This document shows, piece by piece, positions 1-13,800 of a stretch of DNA of 64,000 bases. The DNA comes from Saccostrea cucullata (Eukaryota), in contig NW_026936636.1 of assembly GCF_032062105.1 (NCBI RefSeq), positions 124,001 to 188,000 of the forward strand, written 5' to 3'. A program made the translations under genes and the position numbers. The notes beneath the pieces were generated by a model that saw only the letters and a program-made list of their open reading frames with translations, was not told where the DNA came from and made no database searches. Every line of letters begins with the position of its first letter. The stretch's first letter is position 1.

Positions 1-174
1 AAGGTCATGACACACCCTTGGGTCATGGGCAATCTCTGTGTGGAGTAGTAGATTCTATTGTCCCTCCGTAAGAAAGATATGGACCGGACACGATTGCACA
101 GACAGACGGACAGCTGGACAGACGGACAAGGTGATTCCTATATACCCCCCTACACTTCGTTTGAGGGGGGTATA
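1..174 (+). mobile_element. 3' end of a Helitron/Helentron-like non-autonomous element
   Basis: (GACA/GACG)n microsatellite at about 97-128, then an 11-bp terminal hairpin TATACCCCCCT (141-151) / AGGGGGGTATA (164-174). Confidence 0.6.
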
Positions 175-511
175 AAAAATTGAAGACTTTAAATCAAATT
201 CATGTTTTATCAGCAGAAAACAGGTGTATTTAGAATGTAATAATCTACTGAATTCATTTCTAACAGAAATTAACAGGCATGTACAAGGTGAGAAAATTAT
301 AAATTGTTTACATTCCATTCAAAAAATGGATTAACAGTTCTGTACTATTCTGATATAATATATTTAACATTTTAAGCAGTGTTTTCCCTTTATTTCAAAC
401 AAAAGGGTTAGAGATCAGTTGTTACAGGCTAGGGGCTGAGGTTTATGAACAAAATCTCTGTGAATCTTACAACAAATTTTTATTTCAAAGCGGCATTTTT
501 GTCAGTTGAAG

Positions 512-536
512 CACAGGAGTCTGAAGTTTCTATCGT

Positions 537-580
<44 letters not shown>

Positions 581-1505
581 GGAAAAAAATTTTCCTACCC
601 TTAACTAAAAAAACCCCAGGATGGCAACGTGTTTTTGGGGGACCCACCTAAACAAATAGATCTGGGCTTGGTCGGAAAAATCTCGCAACTAATTCAGTAT
701 CCGGAGTGTTTGTGCTATTTATTCAAGTTGAGAAATCAAATCTGCTTGACGACTACGGGCTGTTCATGCCCTTTTTCCAGTTTGACAGCTCATCCTGGAC
801 TCCATGCCACTAAACCGGAAGTGAACTCCGAGGTGAATATATGACGTAATTGAAGAAAAGAACAAAAAAAAATGCCTGTAAAACTTCATGTACAATTTTA
901 TGTTACCAAACGTGATCAATAAAAAGATATATTTTTCAAACAAAATAATGCTTTATAAGGGCGCTTAGTCTAACTGTTTGGCTCTTTGTCGACATGGCTT
1001 TTCAGTGATTTAAATTTGGCGCTTGTAAAAACTGAATTATCTGTCCCTGGTACACATCGTCGTACAAGTAAGAAAAAGAATAAATAACTTTTTAAAGTTC
1101 TCTTAAATATATTTAAAATAACTGAATAAAATTACGTTGAACAATATTTATTTTATTTCATTTGAACAAGATTTTATAAACGTCAAATTATACACTGCGA
1201 GATTCTCTTCCGGTTTAGTGGCATGGAGTCCAGGATGAGCTGTCAAAGTGGAAAAAGGGCTAGGAACGGCCCGTAGTCGTCAAGCAGATTTAATTTTTCA
1301 CATTAAATAAATAACAAAAACGCTCCGGAAACTGAATTAGTCGCGAGATTTTTCTGGCCAAGCCCAGATCTATTTGTTTAGGTGGGTCCCCCCAAAACAC
1401 GTTGCCATCCTGGGGTTTTTTTAGTTAAGGGTAGGAAAATTTTTTTCCGGATTTTTTATTATTTTTTTTTTTTTTTGTTGACGATAAAAACTTCAGACTC
1501 CTGTG
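512..1505. mobile_element. Long-TIR (foldback-like) MITE with 7-bp TSD, P-superfamily-like termini
   Basis: About 310-bp TIRs CACAGGAGTCTGAAG.../...CTTCAGACTCCTGTG; TSD GTTGAAG at 505-511 and 1506-1512. Confidence 0.9.
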
Positions 1506-1705
1506 GTTGAAGTAGTCAATTTGGCCGGCAGCCGGTTCCTAGGGAAAACACTGCTAACTTGCCATTATGAAGTTTATATTACAAAATCTATATCTAAAAT
1601 GGAAGAGGGTTACATAATGAAGCACATGAACAGAAAGATATACATGTAAAATTATGTATAATATAACACTCTAGTCACAACAACACACCACTACTCATTA
1701 CTCAC

Positions 1706-1860
1706 CAATTAAGATCTCCCAGTTCTTACACGCTTGTGTCACCTGGTATGCACACCTCATCTCTGAGTATGATACACCCCCAATGATGAAAATAATTAGC
1801 CGTGGTCCGCTTTTGTAGCCTGCCTGGCTTTTGTCTTTATGCCAGTGTCCATATCTAGCA
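1706..1860 (-). CDS. STXBP1: Munc18 coding exon 15 (penultimate)
   Basis: [51 protein letters not shown]; AG/GTGAGT. Confidence 0.95.
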
Positions 1861-4800
1861 CTGAAATAGAAGTAACTCGTGACGCTAGAAAAGTTTGACA
1901 AAGGCAGATATTTACCATCTCTGCCAATTTTCAATACACAAAAAGAGATGTATACACCTTGGCACAATTTATCTATTAGCCACACCAAAAGAACTGCATT
2001 TCATTCTGTATATACATGACATTGTATTATATTAATAAATAATTAACATTCCTGTACATCATCTAATTTTAAACTTTCATGAAATATGCATGCTAAATAC
2101 ACATGATTGGGAAGGCTAAAATGGCCAATGGAACTATGGTGCAACTGTAGACATTTTTTATTGGCCATTTTGAAAACGAATGGGCCATCAATATAATCTG
2201 AAGGGCCATTTTAAGAAATAACAAAATGACAAACAAATATGAAATACAACAGAAATCACGTTTTTAATTAACCGAATCTAATTTCTAACATATGCAATAC
2301 AGCAAATTAAGGGAAACTTGCATATAATTTAATTTACCCGTATTTTGTATTAAATTAAGTCAAAATTTGGAAAGAGCACCACCTATCCTACAAATGAATG
2401 AAGTAATGTATCTAATCTCAGTGCTTCAGTGTTTAACCAGAAGCAGTTTTTATGGTTTTCAACCAATGAGATTTGTTGTTTTAAAATTGACTGCATTTAA
2501 AATGAAAGTAAAACAAGTAAGAAAGTCGTTCACAAAATATTTCCAAATAGCATTGAAAAATGTTGAATGCGCACCTTGGCGCCACTATTGATTGATTTAA
2601 TGTGCCATTTTTCACTTCAATGCCACTATTGCGCGTGGTGCAAGCCCTTCCTAATCACTGAATACACGGTGAGAACTATCTGACACCTGCGGCATCTGTT
2701 TCATAGGAAAACCAGAGCCTTGTTTTCATTAACACTTTTACATTGTGCAATCTGACACCCTGTCTATCTAACATCCTGTCTATTTCGACACAAAATGTGT
2801 GTCTCTGTGCCTGTTGGATTAGACAGATATTACTGTATACCATGTACTGTATATAATTTAAAGCTTTAATCTTTTTTCTCAAACTGAGAAATGACATACT
2901 TCTTTATGTTGTTGATGTCAATAGATAAAAACAAGGTCAATCTCTCCGAACTAGCCTAATTAAAAATAAAATCCCTCTCACTGTTTTGCAAACAATTTTT
3001 TTTTTTCATCATTTAAAAGTTGAAAAATTAATTTTATCAATAAGTGAAAATAATTACGGTACCCAAGTGTTAACTTATTTAAGAAAAGAAAAGTTCATTT
3101 TTTTCTGATTTCAACATTCAAGCTGAAAAAAAATTTAATTAGGATATGTAGGTAGGCATTATTCTTTTTTGGGACTTCTTTAATAAAACAAAAACATCTA
3201 AGTAACACAAGAATATTAAAGAAATAAATTAGTGTTTTCAGGAGGGGTGACAATTTGTAACAGGTTAACTAATTACTCAGTCGGAATGATGGCAATCAGT
3301 TAGAAAATCTGTGATCAGTCAGGCCAAAAAATAAAAATATGTCTATACCTTACTTTAAAATCTGATTTACAATTTAAAAAAAAAAATTCTCAATTTCAGC
3401 TGATTTAGAAGAAATAATTTAAATTAATGCTCTTCAGACGATAGATTGTATCGCTGCATTTCATTTCCGGAAATATGCATAGCATTTCCGACATTTTTAA
3501 ATTTCATTTCCGACATTTTTTGTTTTCATTTCTGACATAATTTATTTTTCATTTCCGGAATTTACCTGTGCGGCAATTCAATGTTTTCTAAGTAAAAGAA
3601 AATGGAATTTTAAAAGTATTTATACCAAAATATAAAAAAACCCATCTATACATATATGCATACATGTAGCACTAAGTCTGGGTAAAAGAGTTCAATGAGC
3701 ATAAAACTTTTTCACCACCTTTAATGTGCACTAAATTAAATGTCAGTGACAGCACCATACTTATGTCCAAGTCACTGATAGATTAACAAAATTGGATTTC
3801 AATGATTTATTGATGATTTATTCCTTTAAATTTTTCATAAGTAAAGTTGTCAAATCTGTTACTATAGGTACTACATATGTATTTCAAAAATGTCGGAAAT
3901 GAAAGCAAAGAAATGTCGGAAATGAAAACTAAAAAATGTCGGAAATGAAAAGTTGATAATTACCAAAAATTCCGGAAATGAAATGCAGCCGATTGCATGT
4001 TGTTTTATGTCCCATTCGAGAAAAGGTGTGAGGGTAATTGTTCAGTTTTTAATATGTAAATTCCTGTTGAAAAATTAAGTTGCTACACAATCCGCCCAGT
4101 ATGTCTTTATGATATTAATCAGATCAAATGAGTTTTGTAAACTGATACCATTGTGTATCCTACAACACTTATCCTTTGTAGTTATTGTACAATTTTTTTT
4201 TAAACATTGTAAATTACTATTGAATTATAATTCAGACTGTGTATCTATTCAGAGTTTAGAGTGAAAAAACAGAATGACCTTGGCACATTTGGTCTAGAAA
4301 AAATTGTCAATGTCATATATGTTTTGGGATTTTCATGGTTTTTCCTTTTGAAATTGAAATACATTTGTCAACTGTTACAGATCAAGCATAAATGGAATAC
4401 AACAAATGCCTTTTTTTAAATTGATTTTTTTAATTATTCATTGATGTGTATATGGATAGATTTACTTGAAAAAGAATGTCAGGAAAATGTGTATGTAGAT
4501 ATATCTAGTTGCTTCATCAGCCGGAACATCTTGCGGTTAATCAATTAGCAATCCCTACCTTATAGCATGACAGTGAACAAAGTTTAAAGTTGGAATTTTC
4601 ATAATTCAATCAATCATAAAAAAAATTTGATCTTCATAAAAAAAGCATTTAAAAAATTACAATTGAGTAAGTGCTATAAATTTGGGTCCATTAAGAAAGC
4701 AAACAGAGGCAATACAAGTTTAATTTTTAGTGAGGATTTAATTTTTGCATTCTTAGCAAGGGTGCTGAGGTTCCTAACATCAGATATGGTTAAAAATTCA

Positions 4801-7800
4801 TTGTGTTTTATGTGAACTAGCTTCTTTAGAGATCATTTTAAAATTGATAAATTACATCCTGCTAAATATAAAATACCCAGGTACATGTACCAATTCTTAG
4901 GGGAAAATGCTTTGTGTCTAGCTAAAATTTCCACTGATGCGGGATTTTGTTTCAATGCCTGATATATATTGTTTACCTGATTGGTGGCCCTCTGTATCCC
5001 CCCGCAGATCTTGGGGCCCCGCCTGACAAGAAGGGAAATTGTCTGGAGTCCAGCTTATCGTCTACAGCCTCCTGGGAATACAAAATAATTTTTCTCCTTT
5101 TAGTATAATTGGATATTTTAGAAAATGCATAGCATTAATCTAAAGGGTGCTTGTCCCATTGCATAGCGAATCAGTTTCTTAACACAAGTTTTTTATGTTG
5201 AATACATCTGTCTTAAAGAAGGGACTACATGTAATAGAAAATTCAACATTTAGTGTTCACCAAGTGACTTTTGAAAAAAAAAAACTTTATTAGAAAAACT
5301 GTCAGTTAAGTTTGTTTCAGATTATCAAAATACATGAATCATCCTCTTGTTTGATGTCAATAAAGCCTATTTTGGATTTACTGAATTTAATTTCCATTCA
5401 ATATAACCAAAATTCAAAAAATTGGAAATGCCTATGTGGCAATGTTTTTAAACCCTGGTCTGAAGGCCATAAAACTTAGATGAGCTAACTTCTAAGGAAT
5501 TTATCATGGGAAAGTGAGACTGAGATCAAAAGTGAGCTTGTTTAAGTCTTATGACCCCAGAGCCTGATCCCAATCTGGATTCAGTGATGACCTACCTCCA
5601 TGATGTCCTTGACATAGGGAGTCCAGCGGGACATTTGGTATGTGTTCTCCGCAATCTTGGTTTTCCTGTTAAATGGTTGGTAGGGCTGGGACTTCTTCCT
5701 TCCTCCCTGTCAAATTACAAGTCTTACTGTGATTTTAATTTATCAAAACAATTTGAAAAAAAGAGAATATTAAATTAACTTCAAAATCTTCATTAAAAAT
5801 TAAAATTTCACAAATTTCCAGACTTCTTTCTTGTGAGACAATGCACTAATCTTAACACACAGAAGCATCCTATGGTTTCACAATGGTCACCAGGCCTAAC
5901 ATAACTCATGCTGTAAGGATTTCTACACCAAATAAACCCATCAAAAATACTAAACAGGCAAGACAAATGCTTCCCTATGAGTCTTATTAAAAGCATGGAT
6001 AGTGCATTATTTCAACAAAACTAGGCAGCCCTTCAATAGTAAGATATCCACAGCCAAAAATTGGGAGAATTTTTGAAGATTTCAGTCACCAGAAAAGTAA
6101 CATCCAATCAAACACATGTATTTGAAATTAAAGATCCTGCATCCATTCAAATTTGGGAAATAAAGATCAAGGTTTTTTTCCAAAGTGAAAGAAATCTGTA
6201 AAAAAAAAAAACAAACAAACAAATCCAAAGCTAAAAAATTTTTTGAGAATGATTAAGATCCAAGGGAAGAAATCTGCATTCTGCGTATCTACTTCCATGC
6301 AACAATTGGTGAACTGAAAATAAATGATCTCTCATTGCAGTGTCTAAACACGTATATGATCTTGTGAAGTGAGCAATAATTTAATTGCTATGTTAGTATA
6401 TTACTCACCTGCTTTCAAATAATAGACAAAGTATAAAAAGAGGCCGATGGGCCTTGACTGTCACCCGAACCTCTATAACATAAGTTTTTCATGTTGGTTG
6501 CCTAAAATATTCACGTTTTTGCTCTATCTGAAGTTTTGATAAAAAGAATACAATTCAATTAAAAATAGTTGTCATGTTTTTTTAACCTAGTCCTCAGAGC
6601 TCTGAAGTGAATGATGTTAACCAGACGAAACTTTTAATAAAGAATGAGAACCATGTCTACGCAGGCATTGTAACATAGAAGAGGCCTTGCAGTTCAAACT
6701 GAGAATGACTAAATAAGTTGTCCTACACTGGCATCTCGTGATGGCTTGTATGAGTAAAATTATCTTGTAAGGGATGAAAAACTACAATCAATCTAGGAAT
6801 TTTGATCTTGTTAAAATGAGCTCAAGAGAAGTTCATGATCACAGCTTTTCATAATGGTAATTTTCTTTTTTTAAAGTTCAATCTTTCTCTGATCCCGAAT
6901 TATAGCAAGCTGAATATTTTAATACTTAGTCATTTTCTTCCAAAGAACAAAGACATTGAATCATTGCATTGGTAGACCCTTTCATCAGCAGACAACATGT
7001 GATGACATTGTCACAAATAACATTTTTTTTTTCTCCTTCACCAAAAGATGCTATAAATTAATTTGAATGGTTCAATTGTTCGGAGAAGAAACTGAAATTG
7101 TCGATATAAGACTTATGGACACTACACAATACTGTAGATTCCTAATCATACATGGGGAATTATTTTCCCTGTAATTTCGCTAGAAACATCACTCGCAAAA
7201 TATCACTTGCTTTTATTTTTATGGTGTTAAAATCCATGTAAATTCGCGAAAATATTATTCTTGCGATTTGACGTTAAAGAGGTATTTTGCAATAATAAGT
7301 ACTCGCAAAAAATAAGGAATCTACAGTAACAGATGTGAATGATGAAAAAAATATGTCATCTTCAAAACTCAGTGACAAAAATTAAAACACAAAACATTCT
7401 TGCAGTCTACCAGATATGTTACTTTTCTTGCATTCTACCCATAACATTACCTTGTACAACAGTAACCATAGACTGTGGCATAGCAATAAGAAGCCCTATA
7501 TGCATGAAAACACTATGTTCCCAGTGTATGCGATATATATGTATAATCAACTAGAATAAATCTATTTCACCTCGTTGCATTATTAATGTATTAGGGTTTG
7601 ATATTTTGTTATTTAATTTGTTAAATAAACTGCATCATGAATCCTTATTCCATTGCATTTTTGCCAATGTTGTCAACTTCAACTAAAGTTGAATACTGGA
7701 TTAAACTTCAAAAAACAGCAATATTATTCTAAAGGGAGATCAGAGTTCTAGATTTCAAAGAATTTTTAAGAAGATAGATCATCAAAGGTTTGCATGCAAA

Positions 7801-10800
7801 GGAGTTACTTTGCAATGTTTGCCCCCCAAAAAGGAGAAGAAATTCATGTTGAAATAAACAGCAAATGGCTTATAAAATCCTTTTAAAAGACCTAAAAGAA
7901 ACAGGACTTTGATGCAGTTAATTTGTGGACCCAGTGTTAGTAACAGGGAAGTTTGGGATCACACGGCAGACGGAATGATTCTCTTCACATACCGGTACCA
8001 GGGCCTTTTTCAACTTATTTTTTATGTCTTTCTTTTCTGTTTCAACTATCTATAAAAAGGTGGATAAAAAACATAAATGGCTGACAAAAATTACTGTGAT
8101 TCACTATTTGAAGGTAGACAGAAATATGTGTAGTAATTCTAATATTAATAACAAATTTAGTTTTAAAGGTCACTAAACAATTAAAATTCAATTCTACAAG
8201 ACATAATAATTAAAAGTTCTGACAGTACAGGGAATAGTGAAAAAAATATCTGTGTTGTTTAACAAAATCTAGTCTACTGTGATGAAAAAACAGAGGAACA
8301 TCGGGAATTTTTCACTGCTATCAATCAAAAAAATTCTACCATTAGAACCCCATTCACCGAGCAACAGCCAATTAAAAAAAAAAGAAAGAAAAAAGACGAA
8401 AAAGTCCTTTCTGTGCACACATTTCAGTTCCATAACTTGAGATGACGATATTTGATTTCCCCAAAATAAAATACTTTAACCCATGGTATTTATGCTAATT
8501 CTAAGAAAAAGTCAACTTTTTTTAAAACGAAAATTTAATAATTTTTTATGAAAACAAGATTATCTAAGATAATTATACATCATGGCAGCAATACAGATCA
8601 ATGCGGCAACAGAAATTTGAAAAAGGGCGACAACTGAGCTGTGAGCAGAGTCTAGACACATTGAATCCTGCTCTCACCTGAAAAGTCCCATAATCCTCGA
8701 TTAATCCCACACTAAACGTTTTGTTACCTTGTGGCTGAGGCATGCAAATGTTCATGAGATCTTAATATGAATTAAATCTCAGGTACAAAAAAAAATGTGA
8801 ACCTTCCGTCATGATAAGTGCTTAACTTTAACAAATCCTTGGATATTCTTTTTGCACCTTTTTTTTTCAAACAACACATCAATGATTGGTAGAATGAATG
8901 CTTAAGAACTTAATAAAAGAATAATTTTCAAAAGGTTTAAAAATTGGGAAGAGAAGACTTTATATACAAAATATGTGAAAAGTGCAAGAATTTTAAAATG
9001 AAACTTAACACAGAAAATTAACAAATTTGAGTCATGAAATTGTACAGAGTGTGCTAAATGTGTACCACCCAATAAAAAACCCACCTTCATTTCAAGACAC
9101 CTACATCTACACTACAGTAGTAAGACATTTCCTCAGGCTACTTACATCCTGAATGATGGGGACACCCAGGTTCTGCATGTTATTTATGATACACTTCACA
9201 TCCATAGGAATCTGGGCATGTTGCACTAGCTTAGCCAGGTTTTCCTCTGTTATTCCTGTAAAAATTATTCTAATATATTAAATTACTGCTTGGTTATTGA
9301 GCCAAAGCTAACAGAAACATTAATCATCTTCTTTTACACAATATCCTTATATTAACAATTATGATTTTAAAAGATGTTGAAAAAAATATAAGATTAATTA
9401 TGAACGTTTCGAACCTGATGGGATAAAATGTTGAAAAAAATATAAAGAATATGTCGTTGGGATTATGACATCATGATATTGGCTATTCAAGATATCAGAG
9501 CTCAAAATACAGAAGTTCAACTGAATTTTTAAATATCAGATGGAAAAGAATAAAATCTTATCACATATACCGTAATTTTTGGGTTATAGGTCGATGAGGT
9601 ATATAGGTCGAAAGGCTCATTTTCAGCCTTAATTTTTGAAAAATCCTAAGATAGGACGAATTACTATATAGGATGAGGCTTTGTTTCCCGTTTTCTAAAG
9701 ATTCTTACGCAGATACAATATTAAACCCCTAGAATTACCGGGGTTATGACATAAATGTATAAAATTAAACAGGTATTTTAATTACAGAATTTAAATAAAG
9801 TTTTTTTTTTAAAGTAGTTAAAACTTTTTTGACTTATTTTTTTCCAATCATGCCTCCGTAGTTTCACACCGTTGTTAAATCAAAGGCATAAATAACACGT
9901 AAATACATTATTATTTTACAGCTATAATATTCGGGAAATACCCGAGACCAAAGAATAGTAATTCCGATTTCAGAACAACTTGGACACAATTCCTGTTAAC
10001 TTTATTCAGACATTATTTACCGGTGGACGACAATTACTTTGATGTCCGCCATTTTTATTTTTCTTCTCCAGGGATTCGCTAAAACACGCAATGACCATTG
10101 AATGTATGTATCAAGCAACAGTAAAGAACTGAAATCATATCAACACTCTAATAAGTTTAATTTATAAATTTAATTGAGAGTACATTCACAATTTGACTGT
10201 CAACATGAATTTCATGGCTTTGTTTGTTCAATGATGTGTAACACTAATACCCTATAACGGCACGTGGGTTTGTTTAAATACTGAACACAGGTGTTACACC
10301 TTTGTGTACACAGTGAATCCCTTTATCTTTCAGACAATTAAAATAGAAGCCAATCTTTGTATGCCGGTAATTCAATGTAAATTATATTTCTGTCATCCGT
10401 ATTTATTGCTAATTCTTTGCTTAAGACAATAAAAAATATTTAATATACTATTTCAATATATCGCTACTAATAAATGGTAAAAACATTACAGTTGTGATCT
10501 TGAAAATTTTTCCGTATTTAAAATTTTGATACGGTTGCGGTTTTACTTTTAGTAAACGGTAGCGACTTCCTTACTTCACAAGATGGATACCGCATGATGT
10601 TAATGGATAATACGTTGAGGAATTATTTAATAGATGAAGCAATGTTGTTTTCCTTTGTCATCAACGGATAATTAATGGAATTTATTTTGTAAGAAAGCTA
10701 TAGAATAAATATGGGCATTACTTTTTCTGCATAAAATAATGAAAAAATATGAAAGTGGCACAGATTTGCTTTGAAATTGATGTAAATTTTATTGATTTTG

Positions 10801-13800
10801 TCGTAAACTTGAGCCTTAGAAAGGTCGAATTCGTATACTGGGCGACCCCAGCGGTTCTGAGAAAAAAAGTATCGACCTATTATCCGAAAATTACGGTAAA
10901 TGCAATACAATATATATAATATGCATTGGTGTTTGTGTAACATCTAACTACACCTAAACTTAGCTTGTCCAGAAGGATCGTACCTCCTTTGTGGATGACG
11001 TAGAGCAGAATGATGCGGACTTTGTCGTAAGCCATAATGTTCTGGTCTAGAAGAATTGGTACAATGTTTCTCATGTGATCCTTGATCTTCTCCCCCTCAG
11101 GATCTGTTCCCATGGCCAGGTCCTAAAATAATAAACATCAGCTCATTACAACTATCTGACTAATGGTTTCAGGATGTAGTAAATTAAAATATTCATAAGT
11201 AATTTTCAGCCTGCGAAATACGATTTCATTAAGATTTTTGATGTTACAAAACACTTTTCAATTCATCACATGTTTACTGTTACAATAAAGAAATAAGCTT
11301 GTTTTTTATGATACTGTGTAATCTACAGCTTAGTAACAATGATAACCTGGTATGAAAATCTTTACTGGTTGACCAACATGTAACATGGGTAAAAAAATAC
11401 TGCCTGTCCTAATCAGCTCATACAATTTGAGTTCAGAGTATAAACATATCCCCTCACCTGTTCCACTTTACACAGTCGATCTACGTGTTTCTGGTATTTG
11501 TTCATGCAGTCCTCTGCCAGGTGGAGGTGTGTGGAGTATTTACTGAGTTCCTTCTGATACTGAGGCATCTTCTTCAACATCTGCGACAGATCTCGAATGT
11601 TAGCCTTCTCCCCGTCATTCATCCGTTTGTCTTGTGCGAATTGTTTTAATTGCTTTGTGACTTGCCTTTTTAAAGAAAAAAGGAAAATATGTATCAATTT
11701 ATTGAAAACATCAGATTTTAATATACTGAGGACAAGAAGTGAATAAATTGTAGAAAACATGTATCAATTTATTCAAAACATCAGATTTCAATATATATAT
11801 ATACTGAGGACAAGAAGTGGATGAATTCTATGTCTGACTTACTGTGATACAATTGCGATGTGCTGATGTCTCAGACCGACCCATAACTCGTCATTTTCAT
11901 CAAGGAGAGCCTCTTTCTCGTGAATTTCACCACTTGTATTATCATACCTATAGAGAACATAACGTATAAAACTATTAGAGTTTACATGTATAATCATACA
12001 CAGACATAGATAAATAGTAAACTCTTACAAAGGGTGACAACTCTTGCTGAGAAATCATTTTCCTTAATATGTCTTGTTTATTCTCAACTTCTCTCGTGGC
12101 ACTTCATGTTGACTAATTGTAAACTAAAGAAGGTGATTAATAGCACTGAACATTTATAAGAATTGGATATGTTCAAAAAAACTTACTTATAAACATCGTT
12201 AATAATTGGTAAAAGATCATAAGCCATGGCCTGAAATGTCAGTTCATGAAGTAGAGGGGAGATTGGATCAAATCCTCGGTCTATAATTAGAAGCTGAGAT
12301 CGGTCCTTTTGTGGTCCCTGTTAAATTAAAATTCAGGATATGAATTTATGCAGTTAAACCTCAAAACATTTGAAATGAAAATATATTTTAAGAATACAAT
12401 GGAAAAAAATATGTATGAACCAACATTTCTTAAGTAAAAATTAAACAGAGTTTGAACAATTATGAAAGTAAAAATATTGTAAATATGGAAATTCAAGTAA
12501 AGCTATTTCTACAAAACTTGAATATCTCCAAAAGTATCAATGCTTCCATGTATTATTTTAATTAATTTAAACAATGCATTATTTTAGTATTGCAGAAAGA
12601 ACCCTCAGGTGTGTGGTTATTTCACCTAATTGATGCATTTCATAACAAACCATTATATCCATATAAAGAGCAACTTATATGTCTGAATTACATGTAAATT
12701 CTACAATATATTCCTCCAAACAGCCCTACCTCTCCCATGGTGTGATCGTCAGCTCTGTAGGCATCCAGCTTCTGCTGTACCATCTGAGCAAACTCTGCAT
12801 TCCTGTCAAAGTCACTGTAAAGGAATGTAATGGCATGATGAGAACTGGAGATTTACAATATCCTCTAAGTCATGAACTGAACAAGGTTGAATGTTTGTAA
12901 GCTGGAGATGATGCTTGCTTATTCATTGTCCAAATAATTTCGATTGTTCAGCTTTTCATTTAGCTAACACATGTAAAAATAATGACAACAAAGCTAAAAA
13001 TTTGAACGATAACTTATTTATTTTACTCAAACCTTTTTTTCCCCCTTTTCCTTTTATTCAAGTTCTATAAAAATTTGAAGGAATATTTTTTTTTTTTGCA
13101 GAAAAGCAGCAACAGTCATGAAGAGCTACTTTCATTTTGAATACAACATTGCTCTATCAATTTGCTAAGTGAAGTCAATGTGATTGCTCATTTACATGTT
13201 AGCTTCATACCCTTAAAAAATAAACCTGAAACAAAAATTAAAACTGAACACAATTTTTGACAAACCCACCTTCTATATCTGACACTGGGGTACTCTCCGA
13301 GTGTGGCACACAGCGTAGCTATCTGTTCAGCACAGCGTTCTAGGTTCATGGTCCTCCCGGACTGTCTGAGAGGATTATAATAATACTGGAATGTCTCCGC
13401 AGAATCCAGGTGATAGACCTACAAGTCACAATGGTGGAAGAGTGGATCCAAGGAATTTACAGACTGAACACAGAGGACAAGATGAAATGATTACAGTACA
13501 AACCATGCCTTATGTCAACAGACAAATTCTAAGAACTATTCTAATTATAACTTCTTTAAACTAGAGACAAAACTCTACCCATATTTGATAAAAATGAACT
13601 TTAGACGAATCTAAATGTATATTCAAATTTGGAAATGTATATGTAACGTTCCATAACTATAGTTTTATCTTTTAATACATGTATGCTGCTATTTGTTGAC
13701 TGAATAATCATGAATTAATATTCCGAATGATTTTCTCTACCACCGTCTATTGGTTCAATCAATAGAAAAGGAAAAACTACAAACTTTAGTTCTAATTTCA

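Noticed and set aside
445-651. Poly-lysine ORF
   Set aside because: Translation of an A-run inside a MITE terminal inverted repeat; not a gene
1519-1543. Possible short terminal Munc18 exon (TTTTCCCTAG|GAACCGGC...TGA, GTGCRPN*)
   Set aside because: Lies in a transposon-like terminus and lacks the conserved GS.HI.TP C-terminal motif; the true last exon is probably left of the window
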